From NCBI RefSeq assembly GCF_006345805.1, contig NC_043005.1, positions 86,800,001 through 86,864,000 of the forward strand: a DNA stretch of 64,000 nt. Reading direction: 5' to 3'. This document shows positions 1 to 13,732 of the stretch, piece by piece. The stretch is from Octopus sinensis. Its lineage: Eukaryota. Position 1 is the first letter of the stretch; the number at the start of each line of letters is the position of its first letter. The notes below the pieces were generated by a model, which saw only the letters and a program-made list of their open reading frames with translations, did not search any database and had not been told where the DNA came from. Both the position numbers and the translations under genes were made by a program.

Positions 1-66
1 AATAATAATAATAATATAATATAATAATAATAATATAATAATAATAATAAAATAATAATAATAATA

Positions 67-121
<55 letters not shown>
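1..121. repeat. (AAT)n microsatellite
   Basis: Nearly pure AAT repeat. Confidence 0.98.
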
Positions 122-124
<3 letters not shown>

Positions 125-131
125 AATAATA

Positions 132-572
132 AAACTGTACTAAAACTGCTACCTTAGATATTCTTACTGATAAATGCCAAGAAAAACCTTTCAATGGCAA
201 ATACCCAAAGAGAGCGAATAATGCAGATGTTGACAAAGTCCTTACCTATCAATGGTTAGTGTCTTCTCACTTAAAATCAGAAACAGAAGGGTTTATCACA
301 GCAGACCAAGATCGATGCGTACCTATAAGGAACTACCTGGCCAGCATATTAGAAAACGTCAGTAGCCCAACATGTCGTGTATGACAAAAACCAAATGAAG
401 CCATTGATCATGTCTCCATGTTTAATCTTTTGCGCCTACTGAGTATCTCAACAAGTATGCTAGAGCTGCACAATATATTCATTGTGTATTTTGCAAATGC
501 CTGAATCAGCCCCATGATAAAAACTGGTGGGAACAAAACGCAGCTCCAGTGCTTGAAAATGATCACATCTCA
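132..572 (+). mobile_element. Dong/R4-clade non-LTR retrotransposon relic (post-RT thumb and CCHC region)
   Basis: Manual translation QEKPFNGKYPKRANNADVDKVLTYQWLVSSHLKSETEGFITADQDRCVPIRNYLASILENVSSPTCRV*QKPNEAIDHV resembles the R4/Dong KPLHG..WL..LK.ETEG.I.AAQDQ..CR.C..ETIDH pattern. It has stops and frameshifts and abuts (TAA)n. Confidence 0.8.
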
Positions 573-575
573 ATG

Positions 576-1145
576 ACAGCTGCATACAAAATTTCCTGCG
601 ACTGTTATTGTTTTAGGCGTTGTCACCAATGAAGGACATGTAATGCCTCCTTACTTCTTTCCACAATGATTTAGAGTTAACTCTGCCGCTTACATTGAGG
701 CTCTGGACATAATTGTTAAGCCCTAGACAGTGTATGCAATGGAAGTCCATATGTGTTTCAGTAAGACTATCACACATATCTCTAGTAACACAGGAACGGA
801 TGGCTGAAAGTGTTCATAATCACATAACCCCTAATATTTGGCCTCCTAATTCCCCAGATCTCAATCCATCGGACTACTACAATGTTGAGAGAGAGGTCGT
901 TGAACACGCCCATAACACCAAAGATCCTTTGAAAGCTGCCATAGTCAGAGTAATATCCAAAATGAATCATGACCACTTGATTCGAGCATGTAGATGATTT
1001 AGATCTCATATAGAAGCAGTTGTTGAAGCTGAAGGTGGCTTTATTGAATAACGTTATAGAAAAAAAGGTTTATTTTTATCCTCATTATTTTTCGATAAAT
1101 AAAGTTATCCTTTATGATATATATGTTTTTTTATAAACACATCTC
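576..1145 (+). mobile_element. Tc1/mariner-superfamily transposase 3' fragment (maT/DD37D-like), pseudogene
   Basis: ORF 713-997 contains WPPNSPDLNPSDYY. Upstream reads LGVVTNEGHVMPPYFFPQ and downstream ACR*FRSHIEAVVEAEGGFIE*. Confidence 0.85.
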
Positions 1146-1324
1146 TTTCCTCGAATATCTTACGGACTCTGTATATACATATATATATATACACACATAC
1201 ATTCATACATATGTACATGCATGCATATAGGAAAACGCACATCTAAGGTGTGTTTATGTGGTATATATGTGTGTGTGTGTGTGTGTGTGAGTGTATTTTT
1301 GTATATAAATAGATAAATAAATAA

Positions 1325-1365
<41 letters not shown>

Positions 1366-1371
1366 CAGATT

Positions 1372-1409
<38 letters not shown>

Positions 1410-1893
1410 TGTATGTACATGTGTGTACACGTATGTATGTGTGGAAGTACGTGCGGGTGAAGTATGGGCATGTGCATGCAAGAATGTACGTAAGTCGGTG
1501 TCATGCAACCACTGTTTATATTATAGGATTTATTGCGTTTGTGAAGAGTTTACTGTCAGAAAATGAAGCAATATTGTCTTGTTTTGTGACTATGTACCGA
1601 GTGAGATGCACTATAATATCGAAATATGTCAATCTTTCTAGTTTACCGGCGCGTAGAGCCTAATACGATCTCTGATGCAGATAGGGAATTATTTGTGGGT
1701 TCATGTGTTGAATAATGCGGTTGGATAGAGGGAAACGTCAAATAAGATCACAAACATCAACTTCACGACTGTTGACACCAATACAATACCGTCAACCTTA
1801 GCAACCTCATTGATATTGTTATCTATCAAAAGTTCGTTGTCAATAGCGACGACGTTGTTTAAAATCCTCAGAAGCACTGTCGTCATCAAGTGC

Positions 1894-1957
<64 letters not shown>

Positions 1958-1960
1958 GTC

Positions 1961-2036
<76 letters not shown>

Positions 2037-2378
2037 TAATAATGATAATGATAAACCACTGAGATTATCTTTGCGATACATATCGTATTGTCGTATTCCC
2101 TGGTGCAGTCCTATACCTCGTGGATATAATTATCATCATCTCTTGCAGTAGCTGTAGCCACAAAAAGAGCAACAACAGTCATCATCATCATCATCATCAT
2201 CATAATCATCATCACCATCCTCATCATCATTATCATCATCATCATCATCATCATCATAATCATCATCATAATCATCATTATCACCATCATCATCATTATC
2301 ATCATCGTCATCACTACCACCTTTATCTTCATCTTCCTCTACTAGCTCCCTCTCATCTACATCATCATCATCATCATT

Positions 2379-2426
<48 letters not shown>

Positions 2427-2520
2427 TTCTTCATCATCATCATCAACATCATCTGCATCATCATCATTACCACCATCATCGTCATTATAATCATCGTCAT
2501 CATCGTCACCATCATCATCA
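1894..2520. repeat. (AAT)n followed by degenerate (CAT)n microsatellites
   Basis: Direct reading. Source of the poly-Asn, poly-His and poly-Met ORFs. Confidence 0.97.
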
Positions 2521-3509
2521 ATAAGTGCGTGCTAATCTATTTTTAACCTGCCACCATCTGTGCCATTGTACCGACAACCAACCAATGATACAAAAATACA
2601 TTTCATGAACATTATCTTCATCAATATAATCTTCTTTTTCTGAACGGTCATATCATCATACTTAGCTTCGTTATCCTCATACTCATCCGCCTCCTCTCCC
2701 GCATCATCATCCTCATCATTTTTAGACTGCGCGTCAGACATGCATTCCGTCATCGAATCGTAACAATCAGTGTCCCTCCCTTTACGTGCACCTCTCTCAC
2801 TAATCACCATTCAACATATCCACCTGTGCAATCGGATAGTCTATTTCTTCAAAGGAGATGTGGTAATATATCCGACTATGCAGACTCGTCTAGACACAGC
2901 CTGTTCTCACCTCTTTTAAGTACCTTTTGTATGTAACAAATGTAATCATGTTCTTGGCATACTGTTGTGTGTTTCCGTCTTCGTAAGCTGCCATAGCAAA
3001 GACATCCTGCATTTGTAAACGAAATGCCGAAGAGAAATCTATGAGGATCGGAGAGAGGAATTCTCTGTGTGTATATATATAAGGTAAATAAGAAAATGGA
3101 GAGGATATTCAATCGATAAGCATCAGGGGTAAATTTCACGATAAATTATTAATTCCCGTAAAGTTTATATAGATATTCGGTTTAATTTTACCTGTTTATA
3201 AAATAGTCGATGAGGGTTTCTTTATGTTTATCGCTTTCTATATATATATCGTTAGAGTATTTTTAGGTGTTTAATTTTATGAAACTTTTAGAATTTTGGG
3301 GGATTTTATAATTTTGTAATTTAAAAGATTTTAAACATTGTAAAAATATATTAGGAAGTTATATTACTCTTTCACTCTTTTACTTGTTTCAGTCATTTGA
3401 CTGCGGCTATGCTGGAGCACCGCCTTTTATTCTTATTTCTAAATTAAGATATCTTAGAATTTGTAGAATAAAGTAGGAATCCCCTTAATAATAATAATAA
3501 GACGAAAAA

Positions 3510-3590
3510 TAGCCTGAGGACGCACTGGTGGATTTATGAATTAGGTATTGCCTGGTGGAACAAACCACCAGGGCAGAAACACGTGTAGCG
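3510..3590 (+). ncRNA. Minimal type I hammerhead ribozyme motif (weak stem I)
   Basis: gc-CTGAGGA-cgcactggtgg...ccaccagggca-GAAAC-acgt-GTA-gc, with palindromic ACACGTGT in place of helix III. Confidence 0.6.
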
Positions 3591-4671
3591 TTGATTAATA
3601 TTATCTTCTTTCCCCACAGACTAATAACAGGTAAGGTACATATATTTTAAACATATGATTAAATAATTTTTAACTAATTCTATTGTACTTTATTTTATTG
3701 TACATTGTAGTAGGCTATAAAATGCTTATATTATTAGATTAGTATTTTGGATATCATCTTTCTATGTGCTCTCCAGAAAATAAGGTTGTCCTCAAATCGA
3801 AGTTGTTGTCCTATTGGTAAAATCCCTAAATTTGTAATTATATTATAATTGATACTGTTTGCTTTGCATTGGTAAAGTGTAAAATAGTACACATCATGAT
3901 AACCTGAAGTTATCGAGTATGGCCACTGCACATAGCTTAATCAACGTTGTTATCATGCAATGCCTGTGCAAGAAGTTTTTTTAAAGTGAAGAAATAAAGT
4001 AGCTTGCTTCCCATGAGGTTTTGAGACTTCCCAAGATTCTTCGCTGTCGGTGTGCGCATGTGCCATTGTGTTGTACACTGAAGAAGTCACGTCTTTCGTG
4101 AAATATTGAACTTTGAGGCTCGACTACAGGTAGGCGTTTGTTGTATTTTTTGAGGGCTTAGTGGAGTTTGTTGCCTCTACCGCCACCCTTCTATGTGACC
4201 TGTTCTTTAGCTATCACAAGTTTGTAGACGATTACGCATATTAGGCTGCAAGGAAATTGGCCGATAGAAACCAAAATAAAAATGAATTGCTGTGCAGTAA
4301 AATAGTTCGAATGAAATTTTGATAAGTAAAATATGAATAAATCCTCTAAAATTTCAAGATAAGAATGATTGGTTCCATAATTCTAAGAACTAGGTAAATG
4401 ATAGCTCATATATACAACAGATTACATTCACTAACAATATTGAAACCAATGGAGAATATTCAAACTACATTTCTCTGACGTGTTGCTCCGAAGCGATTTT
4501 AATACATCATACGTCAAATCTTGACACAGAACTATCTTAAATATAAAATGAAACCCGTCGTATGTTCTTTCGTCTGAGCAAAGCAGTTAAATATTATACG
4601 AAGGTTTAAAAGAACTTATATCAAATTCAATGCATAGAATTAAGCATACATAAAAATATTTCTTTTTTTCT

Positions 4672-5063
4672 TCAACTCTAGGCATAAGGTCCAAAATTCT
4701 TGGCGTGGGGGGCAGTCGATTATATTGACCCCAGTACGCGACTGGTATTTAATTAGTCGACCCCGAAAGGTTGAAAGGAAAAGTTGACCACGGCAGAATT
4801 TGAACTCAGAACATTAAGACAGACGAAATACCTAATTCTTTATTACCCACAAGGGGATAAACATAGAGGGGACAAACAAGGACAGACAAACGGATCAAGT
4901 CGATCACATCGATCCCAGTGCATAAGTGGTACTTAATTTATCGACCCCGAAAGGATGAAAAGCAAAGTCGACCTCGGCGGAATTTGAATTCAGAACGTAA
5001 CGGCAGACGAAATACGGCTACGCATTTCGCCCAGCGTGCTAACGTTTCTGCCAGCTCACCACC
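4672..5063 (-). mobile_element. tRNA-derived SINE with Meta-like central domain, dimeric
   Basis: Minus-strand head GGTGGTGAGCTGGCAGAAACGTTAGCACG, B-box-like TTCAAATTCC and central GTCGACTTTGCTTTTCATCCTTTCGGGGTCGATAAATTAAGTACCA. Homologous to 24470-24878 and 56300-56510. Confidence 0.85.
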
Positions 5064-6014
5064 TTATGCACAAAACTATTGGTGCCACGTAAAGTAACCA
5101 ATCCCCAGTCGTCAGGGCTATAAACCTGTAATTTTATTTTGTGCAATCAACACTGTTGAATACTTGTCCGCACTCCGTTGCGGCTCTCTACATGTAATTA
5201 CGAGGCGAAATAAGTTGACTAAACAGGTAAAGTCACCGCAATATACACGTAATTTACATGAAATTTTATTTGAATTCTTTGTCATACACATACGCATTCA
5301 CACTTACGAGTCTTTGCTGTCTCTGTATTTATACTCTAGACACAAAGATACAAGCACGTACACATATACGTGTGGGTATCTATGCACAGACGTAGTTTTG
5401 TGATTATATATGTCTACGTGTGTCTGGGTGCTTGAGTATTGTCAATTTATATCTTAACCATAAGGCAAATTTAACACATTTAACAGCGAAAATCGAATTT
5501 ATTTAGTGAAAAATTTAACTAAGAATTAACGAACTGAAGCAGCAGAGAATTGTAGATAAGCGTTTAGTTTTAATCTCACGTGTAAACTATTCTCTTTACA
5601 TATAATTCTATATTGTAATTAGATTTTTAACGAAAAAATTTCGCCTGTAAACTCTTATAAAATATCTCTGATAAATATCATAACTTAATAGGTAAGACTT
5701 GTTTTCTCATGTAGTAATTCCTGTGTTTCTTTATATGCAAAAAATTAAGTCTACTTTCAATTATGTTAGAATTTAATCCGCTAAAATGACATCAATGCGG
5801 ATTAGTTTGGCGAAATGACTGTTTGTAGTTGAGAAACGAATGCTTAGACAACGACAATGGTAAATTAATTGATTCTGTAAAGAGTGTTGCGACAATTATA
5901 GGCTCAGTTTAGTATTTATCAAGAGAAATATTTGCCTCACTATAACTAGGGCGAAAACGATTGAATTACAAAATGTGATATATATCCATAGAAAGAGAGA
6001 GGGGGAGAGAGGAA

Positions 6015-6047
<33 letters not shown>

Positions 6048-6199
6048 TAAACAGAGAGGTAGAGAAGGAGAGAGTAGAGGTAGGGAGAAAATAGACAGGG
6101 AATATTTTCGCGCAATTCTTTTATTTTCTAAATTCTCTATGTTTAAATAAATTTGAACAAACGACTTTTAATTGGTTGATGCTAATTTGGTGGTTATTA

Positions 6200-6360
6200 G
6201 ACGTAGCTGTGTAAGAAGCTTGCTTCCGAATCACATGGTTCGACGTTCAGTCCCATGGCATGGCAACTTGAGCAAGTATCTTTTGCTATAACCTCGGGCC
6301 GATCAAAACCTTGTGAGTGGATTTGGTAGACAGAAATTGTAAGAAGCCCCTTGTATACAT
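6200..6360 (+). mobile_element. tRNA-derived CORE-like SINE, 5' part
   Basis: Matches the head of the 13470-13898 family (GCTTGCTTCC..CACATGGTTC..TTCAGTCCCA..TTGAGCAAGT..CCTTGTGAGTGGATTTGGTAGAC). Confidence 0.8.
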
Positions 6361-6373
6361 ACACACACACACG

Positions 6374-6452
<79 letters not shown>

Positions 6453-6829
6453 CTGTATGCATGTATATATACACATATATATAGTTGTGTGTGTGTGTGT
6501 GTTTACTATCGTATCGTCAGTTCAAATATCCGAAAATGTACCCCATTCTAACACATTAGGGTAGTAATGTATTTTTCTAGGAAGTTAAAATTCATGGCTG
6601 TGACCTTTGGCGTCGCAGCTATAAAGCGCTTAGCAGTGTAGGTGACTCGTTCGATTCAAATTATTGAAGACTCAAACTATTTATAACTGGAGAAAGAAAA
6701 TCGTAACGGTCAGATAGTTTTGAAGACAAAAAATATTCCCCGTGCTTCAGGCGGGGCAAGTTTAGTTCCCTGAAATCAGATTAGGCCGTGGTGATATTAA
6801 AATGATCTGCAGCGGGTCTATTCAGCGAA

Positions 6830-8190
6830 TTGAGTATACCAGGTCTGTAGTAGCAAACGATCTAGAGGAGAGCATTGACTGAATACTTCCTTCCTCGCGT
6901 GAGATTGTTAGGATTCTTGCCCTTGCTGCCAGACAAAGGTCACATCGTCTGCTCCCGTTTATATTAGTCCCTAGTTGTTCAAGAATCTTCCATTTAATTA
7001 TGCACGAGGTTCCTTCATCTTTTAAGTTCCATCCGTATCTGTCTAGGGACGTGATGTTGCACCTTTCTGGTATGCTAAAAGAGGAGTTGAGTTTGTTCAG
7101 GAGTCGAACCGACATATTTTCGTGCCTGTGTATCAGCTGTGTTAACATCTCCGATGTTTCTTTCGTTAACGCCAATGTCATTGTTGTGATTGTTAGAGTT
7201 GCCGCCGGTGTTGGTATTCCTTCATGTGATTCTGGCAGTTGTAGTGCTGATGACATAGCAGCTATTTCCAGCTGCAAAGTTGGTGTTGTTGCTGCCGTTG
7301 TAACTGTTGCTATTGTTGTCTCTGCTGCTTGATATGCTGCTGTTGCCACCGACGTCGCAGCTGCCACTGCTGTCGTTGCTGCTGTTGTCGGTGGAAGTAT
7401 CTTTGCTGCTTAGTCTCTTACCCTCGCTACTACTGTTGCCGCTGGTGCTGTTGCAGCTGTTGCTGTTGCAGCTGTTGCTGTTGAGCGTAGCGGTCTTCGT
7501 CCAGTGGGAGAAGCCCGAAACGTGGTCCTTTGCTATTCGTAAGACCCGCAGAAGAGAGAGCAGGTCAACCCCCGACACCGAGAGCATCGACGGATGGATG
7601 AATGCGCATCCAGGCTCAGCAGTTGCGTAGGAAGTCGTGGACAAGAAACAGGAAGAAAGAGTGAGAGAAAGTTAGAGCGAAAGAGTACAACAGGGGTCGC
7701 CACCACCCTCTGCCGGAGCCTCGTGGAGCTTTAGGTGTTTTCGCTCAACAATCACACACAACGCCCGGTCCGGGAATCGAAACCGCGATCCTCTCTCCGC
7801 GAGTCCACTGTCCTAACCTTTGGGCCATTGCGCCTCTACTTGCTGTTGCCGCTGTCGTTGTTGTCGATGTTGTTGCTGTCGCTGGATGTGTCGTTGTTGC
7901 TTAGGCGCTTACTCTGGATGGCAGTGTCAGTTACCACCTCAGCCTCATACACGACCCCCTCGTCTTCTCAATAACTCCACCACCGAGCAGTCATTGCATA
8001 CACTACATGAGCATCCTGTCTCTCTTCGAGGTTTAGGAGTGCTCTCTAAAAGGTCCTTAATGTTGGGTACGCAAGTATAATATACCCTCGAGTTGTGCCT
8101 GTTAAACAAATGTCCGTATCTGAATGACTGTGTGAAGTATTTGTCCACCAATTTAAAGAATAAGCTTCCCACGCAGGTTTAAACTTTGAC
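6830..8190 (-). mobile_element. Penelope-like element relic (RT C-terminus and GIY-YIG C-terminus), interrupted
   Basis: VGSLFFKLVDKYFTQSFRYGHLFNRHNSRVYYTCVPNIK (7945-8172) and SLDRYGWNLKDEG..IKWKILEQ..NGSRRCDLCLAARARIL (6822-7150) resemble PLE motifs. They are split by a CAG/CAA-rich tract and a SINE. Confidence 0.75.
7510..7835 (-). mobile_element. tRNA-derived SINE (head shared with the 21914 and 44450 copies, different tail)
   Basis: Minus strand AGGCGCAATGGCCCAAAGGTTAGG...GGTTTCGATTCCCGGACCGGGCG gives A and B boxes. Confidence 0.85.
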
Positions 8191-8639
8191 AGTTTCATGG
8201 GAAGCCGTGTTCATAAATTGGTAAAAGTAAGAACTGATGAACATGAATACGAAGACAAGGAAAATTCTGACAGTGCACGCAGCATTCCGTTCCAAGACTG
8301 ACACTTATAGGTTGTTCATATCCAGAAGAAAGGGTGCGAGAGGTTTGACCAGTTGCCAGGCTTGTGTAGAAGTAGAGGAAAACAGCTGAGTTATATATAT
8401 ATAAGTTCAGCAAAATTTAGATTCAGATGTATATGGTACTTAAGTTAAAGGCACCAGAAGTTTGCATGGCATTATCCATATAAAGCAAATGGGGTGATTA
8501 TAATCAAAATAAGTAAGAAGGGTATCCAAGATAGTGTAGTACAATCGTTTCATGCTACTTCATTTTATAAAATCAAAATAAGCAACAGGGATATCCAAGG
8601 TAGCGTAGTACAATCGTTTCATGCTCTGATTATATATAT

Positions 8640-8790
8640 ATACGACGAGATTTTTTCAGTTTCCGACTACCAGACCTACTCATCATATTTTGGGTTGGCC
8701 CAAAAAGAGGCACCCCAATGTTGCCATGCAGTGGTGCTGAACTCAGAACCATTCACTTGGAAATCCAGTTTTCCCACACAACCATGTCTC
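8640..8790 (-). mobile_element. Degenerate CORE-like SINE fragment
   Basis: TACGACG..TTTCAGTTTCCG.CTACC...CCACACAACCA matches the 13730-13890 region. Confidence 0.65.
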
Positions 8791-9793
8791 TCTGTGTGTT
8801 TGTGTTTGTGTGTGTGTGTGTGTTTGCGGTTATGTATGTATGTATCTATGTATAAATTCGCAATAGGTTCGTTATTTTTCAAAAGTATAGACGTACAATT
8901 TTGTCTTGAATGATGTGATGTTGAATTCTATACAAATGACGCATACATATTTTGATTCACAATGTTTCAAAGATGGACGCTCGCTTTCGTCTAAGTACAT
9001 GAATTTTTTATTCGTGTTTATATTGATTCATACATTTGTTGTTGTCAAATTAATTAGTTTGTATTTCAATATAATTAGTTTACTCACATACCCATACATA
9101 CACAAACACACACACAAATATATACACATTTACACACACTACACATACAAACGCATTCATAGACACGTATGTATACATATACACGCACACATATTTTGTC
9201 TCCAAATAAATTGGTTTCTGTTTAATGATTTGAAGAATAATAAAAAAAATGAAATTCAAAAATATATGTACTAATTGATATAATCGTCTCTAGGAATGAG
9301 ATAACGTCACTCCAATGGCGAGTGAAACAAACAATATGAAAATACTCTAATATTAATAGTTACATGAACATTGTTATTCTCGGAGAACAGCGTGGAAACT
9401 CACAGAATAGAAAACATTCAGTGCGAGAGAGAAGGAAAGGCTGAGAGAATCAATCAGACATAAAAAGCAGAGATCAAATCAAAATTGGCCATCTATGGTG
9501 ATTGATAGTTTTGCTATTAATCTCTTGTATCCTGAAGGATTCAATTTTAGGAAGCGGGCAAGTAGAATAAAATGTCTTTACACATATTGCTGATGTTTCC
9601 CTCTAGATTGCCTTTTCTTAAATGTCAATCAAAAGTGGCTTCCATCGTTTGAAGCGCGCATAATTTTGATTACCTTGATCGTAAGCATCCTATTCTACGC
9701 GACTGAGGGTGTACCGTGCTCGTCGAGGTGTGATAAAATTCAAATATCTATCATGTGCGTTTTTAGCTACAATTCATATGTAAATGAGAATTT

Positions 9794-9836
<43 letters not shown>

Positions 9837-9840
9837 TTAA

Positions 9841-10080
9841 ATAATGAGGGAGATAAATTGAATATTAATTAATTAATACCAATTTAAAACCAGTAGCCTA
9901 GCATATAATAAATCTGAAAAAATTTCAACACATGTGTATATTTAGGGTGATAAACCACTAGGTGGATAACCATATGCTAAAAGTGGATCACATACGATAT
10001 AACTACAAAGAAAGAATGTTCTCCAGAATGTTCTCATTCTTTGAATTTAGATCGTATTTGATTTTCTTCTAGCATATTTT
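9841..10080. mobile_element. Penelope-type terminal fragment with degenerate fold-back
   Basis: Shares the terminus ATAATGAGGG..AAATTG..ATATTAAT..CAATTTAAAACCAGT with 23825-23880, 59085 and 63165. Imperfect inverted arms ATATGCTA..ATACGAT..AAAGAA / TTCTTTG..ATCGTAT..TAGCATAT. Confidence 0.6.
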
Positions 10081-11239
10081 TTGTTTTTTGGTCTGAGGTT
10101 CCTTGACAAAGGAGATAGATGGAAATATAGGTAGGTAGGTAGGTAGGTAGGTAGATAGATAGATTGACAGATAGATAGATATACAAGACATACAGATGGA
10201 TAGATAGGCAGAGAGATAGATAGATAGTCAGACAGATAGATAGGTAAAGAGAGGGAGACAGAAGGGGGCCCCTTCCCTATTTACCATACATTTACCATTG
10301 TATTGGAATGGGCTTAATGATAGTGACTTCTTCACCCCACCCCCCAAAAAAAAGGTGTGACGTGGTCATCACTGAAAGTTTTTTGCTTTCTTTCTCTCTT
10401 CCCCTCTTTTATCTCTTTTTCTTCTCTCATATATATATATATACATATACACTATATTGGGCAAATTCTTTCTTGTGTAGTAATGAAACCCGTCATCCTT
10501 ACTCCCATTTTCCTCTTACTTAACATCATCTGCAGTAAGTGCATGCAACAAGAACTATGACATTTCCACTTGAATATCCGCGTTACACAATTTTGCCCGG
10601 CTGCATAATTCACTTTTTTCAATTTTTTCCTGTTGTCTTCTTTGTGCAAAGCAGCTTTTACACACACGCACCACCCCAGTAATTTTTCACACATGTCTCT
10701 ACAGTTGCAATTAATGAATATGTATCTAACTTTAAGCTACGGATAATGTTTCACACAGTTTGTATTAGCTGTTAATTAGTCACCTGGAAACCAGGGATAC
10801 ACCGACAGTATTCGCACATTTAATTTTTAGCACCAGAGAGTCAAGAAGGAAAATATAATATTACCAAATAAATACGGCAAACCGAAAAAGAGAAACAGCA
10901 TCCAAGAGAATGTCAGAATTAAACGTACTTCATAATTCTTTTAAGCCTGCTTTTAATCATTTATTAATATTCTTACATGTATATATCCCCAGAAGAGAAT
11001 AACAGCGGTTAGATAAATCTTGGGAAGGCATTCAATTCGAACTTAGTTAGTCTTGGGTCCTGGCATTAAAAAGTGTAAAACCAGCTTCTGTAAATTATGA
11101 CCAAGAATTACTGAAATTTTAGATGTCACAGATTTGAATATAAAAGATATAGACTGTGACAAGGTCACATAAGTTTATCATATTGTGAGATATCGAATCG
11201 CTATAGAGAGTGTTTACACGAGCTTCAGTCACCCTTGTG

Positions 11240-11640
11240 CTTTTGAGCACGTTTGGCAACGTGTTGGCACCGCTGGCTTCTGTTGGTTACAGTTATCCTC
11301 GCATCCAGATGTGTGATATTAGGCTCATTAATCGTGTCGGTTATGAATGTTCTGTGCCATATAGTTTTCGGTTTTCCTCTCTTTTTCCATCCAGCAGAGT
11401 TCATTTGAAAATTGTTTCAGAATTTTTTTTTTTTTAGAATGGCGTTGTCCTGCTAGTCGGATTATATGGCCTGCTAATTTTAATATTCCTTCTGTGATTG
11501 CTTCGTTATGTAGGCTTCTGCTGGCGCTCTTTGGAATGCTTTCATTGGTTATATGATCTCACTAGTACGTTGCTAGTGTCTTTCTGCATCATCTTTGGTG
11601 GAGCACATCTAGCTTTCTATCGATTTCAATGCTAGTCTTC
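11240..11640 (-). mobile_element. RTE-like LINE relic (RT C-terminal region)
   Basis: Minus translation IDRKLDVLHQR*CRKTLATY**DHITNESI...LKLAGHIIRL matches the KLDVFHQRCLRKI..W.DHITNEE..AGH pattern. Confidence 0.7.
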
Positions 11641-13469
11641 TACATCTCAGTAACAGAATTGTTAGAAGAAGTATAGAAACCTTGAACGATCGCAGACATG
11701 GCCTGTGAGGTGAGAGGTTTGCTTCCTAACCACAGTGTTTCAATCTCAGTTCTTTTACATCGTACTACATGCCGACACAAAGCATTTGTGTGCATTCGGG
11801 AGACAAACTAAAAGAAGCACAACGTATATGTCTCTGTGTGTGTATCTGTCTGTGTATGTGCGTGCTTGTGGTTGTGTGTGAATGTGTGTGCATGTGTGTA
11901 TGTTTGTATGAGTGTGTTGTGTGTGTGTATGTGTGCGTATGCGTGCATGTGTGTATGCGCGTGTTTGTGCGTGTGTGTGTGCGTGTCTGTGTTTGTGTTT
12001 GTGTGCGTATGTGTGTGTTGTGTGTGTGCGTCTTTGTGTCCGTTTTTGTCTCCTTAACTGAGCGGCTCTGCAAAAATGAAAACCAGGCTTCTACAAAAAT
12101 CCTACACTTAGTACACTGCAGCATGGCCGCAGTATACTAACTGAGACAAGTGAAAGATAAAAGATAAACCATGAAATCGAAAGTTACGAGAAGGCCATGA
12201 AGCTGCTATCGTAAAAAGGAACGAACTGCTGTAGCAAAATACCGTAAGAATTTGCCAAACTTTCGAATAAACAATAAACAATATGTGTTCTATCAACTGA
12301 CGTTGAGGGTTGTAACAACCTCCAAATCGTGCAATCAAAATATTCGCAGCTCTTCGGTGGACCGGAACAAACTCCTTCTAACTCTTTAGCATCACTGGCT
12401 AAAATTCATTAACCAAAATATTATAAAACGAGCAATGCAATTTGAACCATCTCCAGTCTAATATTCTTAGTAACAGTGTTAATTTCGGGTGGAGTAAGGT
12501 TACTTCAAAATACACTGTATTCAGCCAAACTTCAGAAAAATGGAACGTGAAAGAAATAACAGCCGACATATTCTTTTAGGAGAAAAGTTTAATGATATAT
12601 TGGCGTAACTACAGATTTCTACCCCTCCCCCGATTTTGGATGAACCTGCCTTTCAGCAAAATGGATAGATTTTATTGAAATTTTCTACAAATATGTGTTA
12701 TATAATGTAGATATCGAATATACAAATTTTGGGGGTCAAAGTATTTCCGAAAGGGGTGGGGTGGGTAATTTCGGAAACTTCACCGGAGTCCTCTTCAATT
12801 CGTCTTAACTTTCAAGAAAATGAATATTTTTTTTATGAAATTCTCTACAAATATACCTCGGAATATGTATAATTCTGTCAGAAAACAATTGGCGATTATA
12901 TTTGAGAACTGTTCCCAGTCAGGGTTGTCTCAGAACAAGTCGTCCATATTTGTTACAATTTCTCCGTTTCACTAAAGGATATCCATTTTTTCTGAAATTT
13001 ATGATCATCCAAAGTCGGTGGGGCAGAAATCTGTAGTTATGCCTATATATCTTAAATTGATGAAAGGGCGAAGAAGAGGACAAACATAATAAGAACAATA
13101 TCAAACATCATTGAACGAAAACTCTTATATTTTATCTTCTATCTTTTACTTGCTTCAGTCATTGGACTGCGACCACGCTCGTGCACGGTCTTGAAGGATT
13201 TAGTCAAAGAAATATCAGTACTTCCTTACAGCCGTACACTCAGATACAGACACTCACTCGCACAAAGACACACTCACACACATACACTCTATCTCTAACT
13301 AACACACACAAACATGTATATATACACGACGAGTTTCCACGCAGTTTCCGTCTACATGAATCATTCCGAAGGCATAGCTCAGGATCAAGAGCTCTATTGG
13401 AAATGAACTCCCCAAGATGCCCAACCGTAAAAATTAATATGGAACCACGTAACTGCAAGGGAAATTAGG

Positions 13470-13695
13470 AGTATACTCTCTTTTACTCTTTTACATGTTT
13501 CAGTCATTAGACTGCGGCCATGCAGGAGCACCGCCTTTAGTCGAGCAAATCAACCTCAGAACTTATTCATTGAAAGTTGAGTACTTATTCTATCAAACTG
13601 TTTTGCCGAACCGCTAAGTTACGGGGACGTAAGCACACCAACATCGTTTGTCAAGCGATGATGGTGGACAAACACAGACACAGAAACATATACCC

Positions 13696-13732
<37 letters not shown>

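Noticed and set aside
1810-2524. Poly-Asn, poly-His and poly-Met ORFs
   Set aside because: They are translations of (AAT)n and (CAT)n microsatellites with no complex flanking protein sequence.
2532-2810. Acidic ORF as a host exon; similar candidates at 10452-10694, 19388-19929, 37453-37746 and 53561-53857
   Set aside because: Low complexity or no recognisable domain, and no consistent splice or frame support. Small host exons cannot be excluded without RNA-seq.
4075-4110. Additional hammerhead candidates (CTGAAGA..GAAAT at 4078, CTGATGA at 8234 and 33860)
   Set aside because: Flanking stems or the GUH site could not be paired convincingly.
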